The position numbers and the translations under genes are program-made. This document shows positions 1 through 10,789 of a stretch of 23,482 nt of DNA, piece after piece. Each line of letters begins with the position of its first letter. Position 1 is the stretch's first letter. The notes under the pieces were generated by a model that saw only the letters and a program-made list of their open reading frames with translations, was not told the origin of the DNA and made no database searches. Source of the DNA: Ginkgo biloba (taxonomy: Eukaryota; Plantae; Ginkgophyta); assembly GCA_024626585.2 (NCBI GenBank), contig JANKJI020000002.1, positions 207,264,370 to 207,287,851 of the forward strand, in the 5' to 3' direction.

Positions 1-875
1 AGAACTTCCCATAAGTGTGTTGCCACCTCATAACTTCTCACTTGTGCTTTTTTACATTAGTTGGCCAAACTGGCAGGAAGTACACCCAGAAGGAAGTAAT
101 GGTCTTTTGATCAAGCAAGACATCCTGGTAGGCAGAGATATTCCTAAGAGGACTAGGAAGGGCATATCTCCTAAGATATAATTCTTATTTGGTATCAAAT
201 TGACTCCTAGTCTAATTCAACTCTCCTTGGTGCACTAGGACTTCTTAAGCTCCTTAGGAGGTGCCATTGTGTGTTCATCTTTCGAACACATGTCTGAAGA
301 GGTTTTAAGTGACTGTGTAGGTCTCTTGTTTAACGAGCATGCTCCTAGTATCTCCTTGATTTATTGGATAATTTAGGAATGATTTTGTGTTGTCAGGAGG
401 TGGGTCTTCCTTTACCATGTCCATTCTAAGTGATACCATCTTCTCTTGATCATATAAAGACAACGTTAAGTCAGAAAATAAGCAAGTTGATCCTAGTCCC
501 CCTTCACCTCTTAGATGAGGCAGGAGTCACTATGGATTTTATGAATAGAGAGAGAGGTATGTTGTTCCCAAGGGTCCTTTGATAAACTATACTTTCTATA
601 TCCATTTAAGGAATGTCTATGTTTTCTCTATCTTAAAGTATAAACCAAGATATGCTATGATGGTCTGGATTTTAAAAATTACTTTGGGGATCACTTGAAA
701 GCTATTAGAAACTCAAGGGGGTGATGGTCAATTTTTCTTATAAATGGATAGCTCTAAGGGATGGAGAGAAGCAAGGAAATAGAGGCCAAAAGTGGAATGA
801 ATATGGGGTGGCAAATAATATGGATGGCACTATTTATATTTCCCTCAAATAAAATTTTCCCTTCATGGGAGGGAG

Positions 876-1257
876 GAGCAAGAGGAATGGATGAAATTAG
901 AAAGAGAGATTGAGAATGATATTGTTGCGTAGAGGAAATATTCATTTTTCTTCTTGTGAGTAGGTCAAGCTACTCCCACCTCTGTGTGATCTGCTAGTGT
1001 TGTTGATGAAAAAAAAAAAAAAAAATGGATTTGGANNNNNNNNNNNNNNNNNNNNNNNNNNNNNNNNNNNNNNNNNNNNNNNNNNNNNNNNNNNNNNNNN
1101 NNNNNNNNNNNNNNNNNNNNNNNNNNNNNNNNNNNGAGCAAGAGGGATGGGTAGAATTAGAAAGAGAGATCAAGAATGATGTTATTTCATAGAGTAAATA
1201 TTCATTTCCCTTCTTGTGAGTGGGTTAAGATGCTCCTACCTATGAATGATCTACTAG
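876..1257. repeat. Diverged ~120-bp direct repeat (876-~997 and 1136-~1257) either side of a 100-N gap
   Basis: gagcaagaggaatggatgaaattagaaagagagattgagaatgat...tattcatttttcttcttgtgagtaggtcaag vs gagcaagagggatgggtagaattagaaagagagatcaagaatgat...tattcatttcccttcttgtgagtgggttaag. Clearly homologous with many substitutions. Confidence 0.8.
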
Positions 1258-1676
1258 CATTTTTGATGATGAGGGAGACCAAGGATGAGCCTAGCTAAGG
1301 GTAGGCAATTGACAATAGAATATGGGTGCTTACTTCTTTTATTGATCCCCATACAACCTTTTTTTAGTCTTTCTTATACAAATTTGCACCTCTTCCCTCG
1401 TGATAAAGAGCAACGGAAGGCTCAAAATTTTTCTCTGAATGGTGGGATACTTGAGGGAACTGGTAAGTATTGACTTGCAAACTATTTCAGTCTAAATATC
1501 TATTATGTTCATGTGTGATATATTTTCCACATACCTATATGTAAATGGATCGTCAATAGGTGGCCTCCTTATTTTATAATTTCCCTAGTGGGCTAAGCAA
1601 AATCATTGCCGTGTTTAGATTGTATATGGTTCAAAATCTTTATTCAAAATAATTGAAAAAAACTATTTACACTATT

Positions 1677-2163
1677 TATAGAATTGTCAGGGATGATTTT
1701 CTAGTGTAAATTTTTTTAAAATATTGATCATTCATTCGAATAGGTAGTGAATGGCCTTTCAAGGATTTCATCTTGAAAGCATTATGTCCTGTCGCTTTTA
1801 ATATTTTAACTGGGCCACGCCATAATGAATCAAATTTCTTGTGACCCCCTAGTTTCTCTTTTGCCTTGTCCCAAAGTAGGACCTTATCACCCACTTGAAA
1901 GTATTTATCTCAGGTGGATCTCTTATCAAAATATTACTTTATCCTCTCTTCATGTCTTGTGATTATTTTTCTCGTTTCATCTCTTCTTTCTTCAAGATGG
2001 AGGAGGGTTTGTAGTCATTTTTTAATAGGGTATTGGTATTCATCATTAAACTCTGCTAGCTTAATAGTTGTTAGGGAGAGTTTGGGAGGTATGACAACCT
2101 CCTTGCCATACTAATAAGAATGGAGAATAATTGATCAAATCCTTAGGAGTGATATGATCATCC
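1677..2163 (-). mobile_element. Ty3/gypsy (Tat/Ogre-like) integrase C-terminal remnant
   Basis: Minus strand gives YSPFLLV..GKEVVIPP (frameshifted), then FQVGDKVLLWDKAKEKLGGHKKFDSLWRGPVKILKATGHNAFKMKSLKG...MNDQYFKKIY. This matches the GPY/F module and SH3-like tail of non-chromovirus gypsy integrases. Confidence 0.8.
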
Positions 2164-2521
2164 NNNNNNNNNNNNNNNNNNNNNNNNNNNNNNNNNNNNN
2201 NNNNNNNNNNNNNNNNNNNNNNNNNNNNNNNNNNNNNNNNNNNNNNNNNNNNNNNNNNNNNNNGCTCTTCAACATCGAAAATAAAAATAACTAATATTGA
2301 AATGCAAAAAGAATTAATTTATCTCCTGAAAAGGTAATAGTTCTTGGCATTTCTTTCATAATTGTTGACGTTCAAATCAAGTAACTAATGGTGAAAAAAT
2401 TCAAAGATTAATTAATATTTTAATTTTTGGATGTTTTCACTATGATTGACCTATTTATAGACATCTCCCAATTTGCCCTTAAATTTCTTTGANNNNNNNN
2501 NNNNNNNNNNNNNNNNNNNNN

Positions 2522-2990
2522 CAATCATACAGTTTATTACTCAACTTTGAATATCTTTACTCTCCACACTCAAGCTCATCAAATTGTTATCTATGATTTT
2601 ATCCATTCTATTGGGAAAATGGTTGGTCTCCCACTTATGCACATTCAATCCTCCTCCTTGTGAGAAGATCCAATAAGAGTATGCTATAGATATAAACATC
2701 TCCCTTTTTTTATGGTCCTCCACCCATTCCATATTTTGCATTCATTCAAACCCCCCNNNNNNNNNNNGAAAGCATGGAATCATATTCTCCAAAAAAATAT
2801 TCTCAATATTGCAATCCATCATCGAAAATCATATGTGGGGCGAAATAGATGACAAACCCTCATAGAGTAGGTGAGGAAGTGAAGGAATCCATTGAATTTT
2901 CATATGTCTATCTCTCAATGCCAAAATCTACTATGTGTCCTATCATTTTCTCATCCAAAAGAATATGAATTTTAGGCCATGGATTTTGAG
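2522..2990 (-). pseudogene. Receptor-like kinase (LRR-XII / EFR-Xa21-like) kinase-domain pseudogene fragment, two exon relics
   Basis: ~2965-2835 reads ILLDEKMIGHIVDFGIER*TYENSMDSFTSSPTL*GFVIYFAP (cf. NILLDEDMTAHVADFGIAR...LKGSIGYIAP). A ~99-nt intron relic (2834-2736) has mutated donor and acceptor. Then EYGMGGGP*KKGDVYIYSILLLDLLTRRR and, after a deletion/frameshift, GLNVHKWETNHFPNRMDKIIDNNL (cf. EYGMGG.VSTKGDVYSYGILLLELLTRRRPT..GLNLHKWV..FP). Confidence 0.85.
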
Positions 2991-3184
2991 AGGNNNNNNN
3001 NNNNNNNNNNNNNNNNNNNNNNNNNNTTTGTTCTTACTTTTCCTCAATAGATAAATCTACAATGTGATGGAATTTTTTATTCATATAAATTATCTTACAT
3101 ATACATTAAATTTTTAATTGACTTGACATCTCATTATGATTTTGTGTTCACTATATACATTTTTTATATTGTCTAGTGTTTACA

Positions 3185-3434
3185 TGTTGGAATAATGTCT
3201 CTTTTGTAATTTAATAATGTTGTGTAGAAGAGATTAAATAAATATTACAAGTGACAAATGTTAAGCTAGGTGTCAAAGATGTGGGTATGTGTTGGAGGTT
3301 GTCTTTATGAACATTATATTTATGTATTCTATTTATACACCTATTTTTTGAATGAAGAGGATAGGGGTGACTCTATTTTTATCAGGATTTTTTGTGTGTT
3401 TTCTTTATTTGTGCATTCATTGTGGTATCAGAGC
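3185..3434 (+). mobile_element. Probable 5' LTR end plus primer-binding site (tRNA-iMet)
   Basis: TGGTATCAGAGC at 3423-3434, 3 nt after ...gtgcattCA (3419). The LTR start is uncertain: TGTTGG at 3185 or TGTCAA at 3271. Confidence 0.65.
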
Positions 3435-3677
3435 TTGTTGTCTTTGTTTTTTCATTTATCCTCCATCATTAAGCTTATCCCCTACAATAAGAAGACCACA
3501 ATGTTTACATCCCTGTCCTCCCTTTGGCCTTTATAACTTTATCTCTATACTATTTGATGTTGTGACCTCTCATGATTTAAGTCGTTGGGCACTATTTACA
3601 AAAGAAAGAACCGGCAGTAATACTTGTCTCCCAGTTTCTCTTCCCTCAGTTTGATGTCCTACAAGAATTTTTTAGTT

Positions 3678-3787
3678 CTTAGGGATTTGGTATCACTGGA
3701 GTGTATGAATGAGGAATGATTCTCGTGTAAGGAGAAATCTCTGGTGAAAGAGCTATGTCATTGATTGGTCAAATGTATTACAGTGGC
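3678..3787 (+). pseudogene. Fragment resembling a small plant Sel1-like-repeat protein
   Basis: LRDLVSLECMNEE*FSCKE / frameshift / SGERAMSLIGQMYYSG resembles the remembered plant motif PL.EVV.DC..RWF...LKEA.SGD..MQVLVGQMYYSGYG. Short and degraded. Confidence 0.45.
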
Positions 3788-3801
3788 CAGTCCTGCCTGT
3801 A

Positions 3802-4023
3802 ATTGAAGGTGGATATAAAAATAAGTGCAAAAATGGCTTCGAAGGTTGCAGTAGAACATTTGAATCATATTATTGAGAAGAGTGGGTTTAGTTTGATATA
3901 GAATCACTTGTGCAAACATGCATGACCACTCTCTCCTTGAAGATTATTAACCGATGCAAGTGCATGCTAGTTGAGATTATTGTCGAAGCAATGCTTGTTG
4001 TTGCAAATTTAGAGAGGAAGAAT
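3802..4023 (+). pseudogene. CCT5: T-complex protein 1 subunit epsilon (CCT5) fragment
   Basis: [27 protein letters not shown] / frameshift ~3895 / [43 protein letters not shown], versus plant CCT5 IAEGYEMASRVAVEHLERIAQKF...[41 protein letters not shown]. Confidence 0.88.
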
Positions 4024-4808
4024 GAGTCGTAGAAGAGGACGTAGAGAACGATGATGAAGGGAATGTCATAATAAGATCAAATTCAAGTCGTGAAGTCATG
4101 GAAGTGCCCACAAGTATAACGCAGGTGCGCACCAGAGTTCCACAACGCGACAAGGGAGAATGACAGGAATTTTTCCCATAGTATTTTTTTTTAAATTAAA
4201 AAATTAATCACTATTAAATCCCTCTTGAGATCTACCCATTATATTTATACAAGAACATGGTCATGATAAGTTGTCATATGACCAACAGTTAAAAAGGGCA
4301 AAGTTTCTTTCATGTTTATTTTTTTATTTATTTTGGACGTCAAGTGTTTAACAAAATTTCTTAATGAGATAATGTAATGTAATGTGAATGAGGCCATAGT
4401 AAAACTATTTTTTGTTGGTGTGTGAGTGTCCCGTGTTTAGGGACGGGTGTACTATCTTTTTTAATATTCCTCTTTGCATNNNNNNNNNNNNNNNNNNNNN
4501 NNNNNNNNNNNNNNNNNNNNNNNNNNNNNNNNNNNNNNNNNNNNNNNNNNNNNNNNNNNNNNNNNNNNNNNNNNNNNNNTATCATTTCACTCACGAAGGC
4601 TGGAATATTCCGGAATGAGCGGTAAAATCCTGCTTGTCGGAATGCAGGTGTTTGTTGAAATGTAAAATTGGAAGATGTTATTGGAATTTGGTCTCTGTGG
4701 TTTTCCGCGGAGCCTTTGTGTACCCTCAAACACCTTCCGGGCTTTTGGGTATCATTTTTCAGGCATTTGGAGACGACCCACTTGTATCTTTTGCAGAACA
4801 CTAGAGAA

Positions 4809-5051
4809 ATGGCCACTTCGAAGGATTCCCTATTAATTTTATTGGCGTTTCTGTCGGTAGCAACTTCTTGTGTTGCAGAAGAGAAGGTGTCCGTTGATCT
4901 TTACTATGAGTCACTCTGTCCTTACAGTGCAAAGTTCATAGTTAATTACCTTGGCAAATTCTTCACAGACGGCCTTATTGATATTGTCGACTTGCGTATG
5001 ATTCCATATGGAAATGCAAGGATTGGCCCCAATGAAACCATCACTTGCCAG
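4809..5051 (+). CDS. GILT: Gamma-interferon-inducible lysosomal thiol reductase (GILT) family protein, coding exon 1
   Basis: MATSKDSLLILLAFLSVATSCVA (signal-peptide-like), then EEKVSVDLYYESLCPYSAKFIVNYLGKFFTDGLIDIVDLRMIPYGNARIGPNETITCQ. It ends at a canonical phase-0 donor CAG|GTAAG (5051|5052). Active site is CPYS, and there is an N-glycosylation sequon NET. Confidence 0.95.
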
Positions 5052-6327
5052 GTAAGCTGTCGCTCATCAGACAGTGCAGAATATAGATATATTTGTGATT
5101 TTATGGCTCCAACAGACGAGTTCTGTAAATTGCTGTTGCTTGTTGCTTCTGAAAAATTGGAAGGAAACCACAATTTTCCATTATAGATAATGACCCAATT
5201 CAGCAAACAGGTCCCACTTTGCAGTTGTAGGGTTCTGTCTGTGATGCAGTGAGAATGAAACTAGTGACCCTGTGGCATGAGCAGCATAGATTTTCCACTA
5301 AGATGAACCTAGTATGCCTCTGATCATTTGTATATACATTATATTTGAGCATTAGGACTGGTTAGAATGATTATAATAGTCGGTTTAGCTTGAATTGTCA
5401 GCCATTTTGGGTTTATCAAGGCTATTCACAAGGTCGAAACCCGTGGATATATTTGGTGTGCTTATGTGTGATAGAACCCAACGCTATGGGCTACTGCTCC
5501 TGCGTGGAAATTGGGTTCTCAAAAACCCTACGAGTTTACACTCAGTTACTTTGGTTAGGTTGATTTCAATGCTCTATGCCCTTATTCATTCTTCCCAGTT
5601 ACTTTTGGAAACTATATGCTTGTCTTACAGTATTTGTCCTGTTAATATTTCCACACTTTGTCCTGTGTAATACCGAGGCTAGTGTTGATGCCGCCTCCTA
5701 GGTTTTTCATCCTACTGTATAAGCACTTCTGCACCCATTGGTGATGCGCCAGCAACTAGAGATGTGAAGTGTTGATAGCATTATAAATACCCTTGACTTC
5801 AGCTTCATACCATTTCTTTAATTGGAACACTTGAAGTAAAATAAACACAGAACAGTTGATAAACATTATATAACCTAGATCGCAGAAAATGCCACACCTC
5901 CATTTTACAGCTTTGGCTTTACATCTCCTTTCTTTTACATCTATTCTTACATGTCTAACTACAACTTATTCAACCTGGCATGATTTTTCTCATCTTAGAC
6001 CCCTAGTCGATTGGCTATCCTTATTGGCCTTTTGTTCTTATAAAAATTTACTCGAGACAAAAAAAACATGAAATCCAAGATATGCATAATTAGTGGTTGC
6101 TTGCCAACCAAACAATTCACACCAAGTAAAAACAATTAAAAATGTTNNNNNNNNNNNNNNNNNNNNNNNNNNNNNNNNNNNNACTATAAATTCCAAAAAA
6201 AAAATAGTGCAAGAAAAAACAATAGTGAAAAAGTGCAAAGCACAACTTGTGAATCACATTGTAAATTTTTATTTTGATACTTGCGAAAAGAAATATGTTT
6301 TTCAATATTGATTTAAAAATATAAATA

Positions 6328-6545
6328 TGTTCAATAGTTATCTAAAAATATATGTTATTTTTATTGTAATTTTTTGATAAATATTAGAATCTAATAAATG
6401 TCAAAAATTGGTATGTCAATAATCTATATTGTTCAATAGTGATCTAAAAATATATGTTAATTTTATTGTAATTTTTTGATAAATATTAGAATATAATAAA
6501 TGTCAAAAATTGTTATGTCAATAATCTATATTTTTCAATAATGAT
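6328..6545. repeat. 102-bp tandem duplication (2 copies plus a partial third) in GILT intron 1
   Basis: ttcaata recurs at 6330, 6432 and 6534. The two full units differ at only a few positions. Confidence 0.9.
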
Positions 6546-7655
6546 TCCAACGACCATTATCGAAATAAGATAACTGCGGCTCAAAAAATATTCGAAACTC
6601 ACGGAAAAAGTTTTAAGACACATACAAATTTGTTATAATGTGAACACCATATTATACCCAAAATGAAAAGGTAGGAATGGCAATTTCGGAAAAATGGGTT
6701 TTATGGAAAGCCAGCGAGGTGCCAATGTCTTTCCACCAAANNNNNNNNNNNNNNNNNNNNNNNNNNNNNNNNNNNNNNNNNNNNNNNNNNNNNNNNNNNN
6801 NNNNNNNNNNNNNNNNNNNNNNNNNNNNNNNNNNNNNNNNNNNNNNNNNNNNNNNNNNNNNNNNNNNNNNNNNNNNNNNNNNNNNNNNNNNNNNNNNNNN
6901 NNNNNNNNNNNNNNNNNNNNNNNNNNNNNNNNNNNNNNNNNNNNNNNNNNNNNNNNNNNNNNNNNNNNNNNNNNNNNNNNNNNNNNNNNNNNNNNNNNNN
7001 NNNNNNNNNNNNNNNNNNNNNNNNNNNNNNNNNNNNNNNNNNNNNNNNNNNNNNNNNNNNNNNNNNNNNNNNNNNNNNNNNNNNNNNNNNNNNNNNNNNN
7101 NNNNNNNNNNNNNNNNNNNNNNNNNNNNNNNNNNNNNNNNNNNNNNNNNNNNNNNNNNNNNNNNNNNNNNNNNNNNNNNNNNNNNNNNNNNNNNNNNNNN
7201 NNNNNNNNNNNNNNNNNNNNNNNNNNNNNNNNNNNNNNNNNNNNNNNNNNNNNNNNNNNNNNNNNNNNNNNNNNNNNNNNNNNNNNNNNNNNNNNNNNNN
7301 NNNNNNNNNNNNNNNNNNNNNNNNNNNNNNNNNNNNNNNNNNNNNNNNNNNNNNNNNNNNNNNNNNNNNNNNNNNNNNNNNNNNNNNNNNNNNNNNNNNN
7401 NNNNNNNNNNNNNNNNNNNNNNNNNNNNNNNNNNNNNNNNNNNNNNNNNNNNNNNNNNNNNNNNNNNNNNNNNNNNNNNNNNNNNNNNNNNNNNNNNNNN
7501 NNNNNNNNNNNNNNNNNNNNNNNNNNNNNNNNNNNNNNNNNNNNNNNNNNNNNNNNNNNNNNNNNNNNNNNNNNNNNNNNNNNNNNNNNNNNNNNNTTTT
7601 TTCTTTGTAGATTGTTACTCTTGAGTCTTAAGAATAACCTTTGGTTTGTATGCAG

Positions 7656-7721
7656 CATGGTCCATATGAGTGCACATTGAATACCATAGAAGCATGTGCA
7701 ATTGACTTGTGGCCTAGCCCG
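7656..7721 (+). CDS. GILT: GILT coding exon 2
   Basis: tgcag|CATGGTCCATATGAGTGCACATTGAATACCATAGAAGCATGTGCAATTGACTTGTGGCCTAGCCCG|gtgagt = HGPYECTLNTIEACAIDLWPSP. Joined to exon 1 it completes the GILT signature CQHGx2ECx2Nx4C. Too short to appear in the ORF track in this frame. Confidence 0.95.
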
Positions 7722-8217
7722 GTGAGTGCGAAAATTTCCAAACTTGTTTCTTTTCTCCTTTTAGCTCTCATAGTATGGTCATTGTAATGCTTTTTCTAGA
7801 AAAATTTATGGAAATTGTCAAGCATATTTTGGGAGATTACCANNNNNNNNNNNNNNNNNNNNNNNNNNNNNNNNNNNNNNNNNNNNNNNNNNNNCTTCAG
7901 ATCAATTATTTTGTTTATCATTGTCAGTTATTCATTTTGATCTACAAAAAGAGCTCAAAGATGTGGTTGACTGACTGGAGGTTGCAATATAGAGGTTGTC
8001 CATTAATAAAAGCTATTCAATCTTTAAGAATGAAGTCAACGACAGAAGAATTTCACATCTTTGATCCACTGAATCATTGTATAGCATTGAATGCTAGTGT
8101 TGAAATTGTCCAAGGCCAGTTGATGAAAAGAAGGCTAAATGTGGCTCATTTGATGCTACAAGTCAGATCCAACTAAACAACAGTTGTGTCTTTTGACTCA
8201 TAGCTAAACAACAATCA

Positions 8218-8244
8218 TGTGTGTGTGTGTGTGTCTCTCTCTCT
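8218..8244. repeat. Compound microsatellite (TG)8(TC)5
   Basis: tgtgtgtgtgtgtgtgtctctctctct read directly. Confidence 0.9.
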
Positions 8245-9983
8245 GCTTAACACGTTAGTGATCTTCAAGTGAAGTCTACTTCAAATCCAACCTTCTTGAG
8301 AGGGTTCAACAAGAAGTATCATTTTCCTGCTCACATGGATGTGGATTGTCATGGATGTACTATTTCTTCGCCAACTCTAGTTTCTTTATGTTATTTGTTT
8401 CCATGGGGCTTTGATTACATCTAACTGCTACAAACATAATCTATATATCTCCAGTTTTTCCCTCACATTGGGTTTGGCGTACAATTTGGTAGCATAGCTC
8501 TAAGTGCTGGTTGTTGGGGATCAAGAATAGAATAGAAAAGTAGAGGAGATTTCTATATCTCCGAATCATTGGTAAGATCTGAAATTTCTGCAATAATTTT
8601 TATACTTTTGTTCGTTCATCTAGAGTACATCTATAGATACTTTTGTTGATTATTGGAGATGTTACAGATAATGTGAAGGATCAAAGGGAAGAGAACCCAT
8701 TTACAAAAGGAACTAGAGATGATTGTGTGGATTAGCTTCAGGTTATGTTTTGAAAGATGATACAGGACCAAGTATTATTAAGAGGTGTTTTTTATGATAT
8801 ATATACCATGGGGCAAACTCTTGAACAAGCTCATGTGCAAGCATAACTTGTTTCTCAAGTTGCTTGATCAATCATTTCTGCGACAGTTCTGGTTGCACAA
8901 GAGCAAGAGGGAGGTGGTCTTCTTGAGCTCTGCTTCTCTTGTCTAGTTTGTGAAGTTCCTGTGAGTGCCAGTTTGTAAAATCCTGCTCCATTGAAACTGC
9001 TCGAGAGCTAGATTTGAACTGCTCTGTATCGATTTCCCTTCCCTTTTCCTGAGCCCCGCTTGATTATTTTGTCCTTGTTCTTGATCACCGCTCAAATCTC
9101 CCATTATTTTTATGCTTCATTCACACTATTCCATTTGAATCTCTCATCCAACCGTGCNNNNNNNNNNNNNNNNNNNNNNNNNNNNNNNNNNNNNNNNNNN
9201 NNNNNNNNNNNNNNNNNNNNNNNNNNNNNNNNNNNNNNNNNNNNNNNNNNNNNNNNNNNNNNNNNNNNNNNNNNNNNNNNNNNNNNNNNNNNNNNNNNNN
9301 NNNNNNNNNNNNNNNNNNNNNNNNNNNNNNNNNNNNNNNNNNNNNNNNNNNNNNNNNNNNNNNNNNNNNNNNNNNNNNNNNNNNNNNNNNNNNNNNNNNN
9401 NNNNNNNNNNNNNNNNNNNNNNNNNNNNNNNNNNNNNNNNNNNNNNNNNNNNNNNNNNNNNNNNNNNNNNNNNNNNNNNNNNNNNNNNNNNNNNNNNNNN
9501 NNNNNNNNNNNNNNNNNNNNNNNNNNNNNNNNNNNNNNNNNNNNNNNNNNNNNNNNNNNNNNNNNNNNNNNNNNNNNNNNNNNNNNNNNNNNNNNNNNNN
9601 NNNNNNNNNNNNNNNNNNNNNNNNNNNNNNNNNNNNNNNNNNNNNNNNNNNNNNNNNNNNNNNNNNNNNNNNNNNNNNNNNNNNNNNNNNNNNNNNNNNN
9701 NNNNNNNNNNNNNNNNNNNNNNNNNNNNNNNNNNNNNNNNNNNNNNNNNNNNNNNNNNNNNNNNNNNNNNNNNNNNNNNNNNNNNNNNNNNNNNNNNNNN
9801 NNNNNNNNNNNNNNNNNNNNNNNNNNNNNNNNNNNNNNNNNNNNNNNNNNNNNNNNNNNNNNNNNNNNNNNNNNNNNNNNNNNNNNNNNNNNNNNNNNNN
9901 NNNNNNNNNNNNNNNNNNNNNNNNNNNNNNNNNNNNNNNNNNNNNNNNNNNNNNNNNNNNNNNNNNNNNNNNNNNNNNNNNNN

Positions 9984-10735
9984 CCCCAAATTTGTGGGTG
10001 AGAATACTTCCCTGCTTAAGTGAGCTACTAGCAACAACTACCTCCTTCCTATAAAATGCTCTTGGCTTAAAGCATGTGGACCTTGAAAAACCTTGGTATA
10101 CACAAGATGGTAGGTTGACCATTCACTTCCACTCATTAACGGACAAGCTGACTACGTTGAAAGCAAAGTGAAAATTCTTCACGCTAGAAGAGAAGATCTA
10201 TATGGACAAAAACCTTACATGATTACAAGTTGAAGAACTTAAGAAGGCAAAAGTGGAGATGGTTGAGGCTAGAAAGCTCAACAAATGGGCAATTGTATGA
10301 AATAGTAGTGCATGGATTCAAGACTCACCTCCCCAAGGGTGGGACTGACCTTGGCCTCTTCCCAAATGATGCTAGGTAACTGGGAGCTGTAGGTGAAGGT
10401 GATAGTTGTCTGGAACTATAACAACATGATTTGGTCTTCTCCAAGTACAGTTCAGGATGTTATTGGATAGAGATACTATCTTCTTCATAGAGACACATGA
10501 AAGCTCATAATGACCTTTACCCCACATCATAGTGTATTCATGATTCTCTACCTATTGACATTGGACTCAAGCATCGGGGGGAGTTGGAGGTTCTAATGGA
10601 GTATCCTATTTTTTTAGCAGCTAGTGATGTCCACTCCAAATTCTTATGGACACAACTTAGTCAGTATCTAGTGGGGAAGAATGTCTACCTAGCGCTTTGT
10701 TATTTCCCTCCAACCTCTTCTTGATTTGCTCTAGA
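9984..10735 (+). mobile_element. Decayed LINE: ORF1 C-terminus and start of ORF2 AP-endonuclease
   Basis: LTIHFHSLTDKLTTLKAK*KFFTLEEKIYMDKNLT*LQVEELKKAKVEMVEARKLNKWAIV* resembles an ORF1 C-terminal domain (IY.DE.LT...AR..GKWA). It is followed by IVVWN (10411), DTIFFIETHE (10472), GGVGGSNGV and VYLALCYFPP (10698), which are APE motifs. Confidence 0.7.
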
Positions 10736-10789
10736 TTTTGTTTGCCGGATATTCATCCCCGACAAATAATGCAAACTGATGACATGATT

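Noticed and set aside
2541-2741. ORF GGGLNVHKWETNHFP as L1 ORF1 (DUF4283)
   Set aside because: Better explained as the kinase C-lobe of the RLK pseudogene once neighbouring frames are read.
4668-5186. 172-aa ORF as a complete protein
   Set aside because: It begins at a non-ATG codon upstream of the signal-peptide Met (4809) and reads into intron 1 past the donor at 5052.
7895-8176. cttcag|ATCAATTAT... (INYFVYHCQ) as GILT exon 3
   Set aside because: Only superficial resemblance to HFPFIYCVE, and no downstream GILT motifs.
8319-8350. HFPAHMDVDC as GILT exon 3
   Set aside because: Only HFP matches, with no proper acceptor or continuing similarity.
6633-10122. Long 290-340 aa ORFs in the track
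   Set aside because: Artefacts of translation through N gaps.
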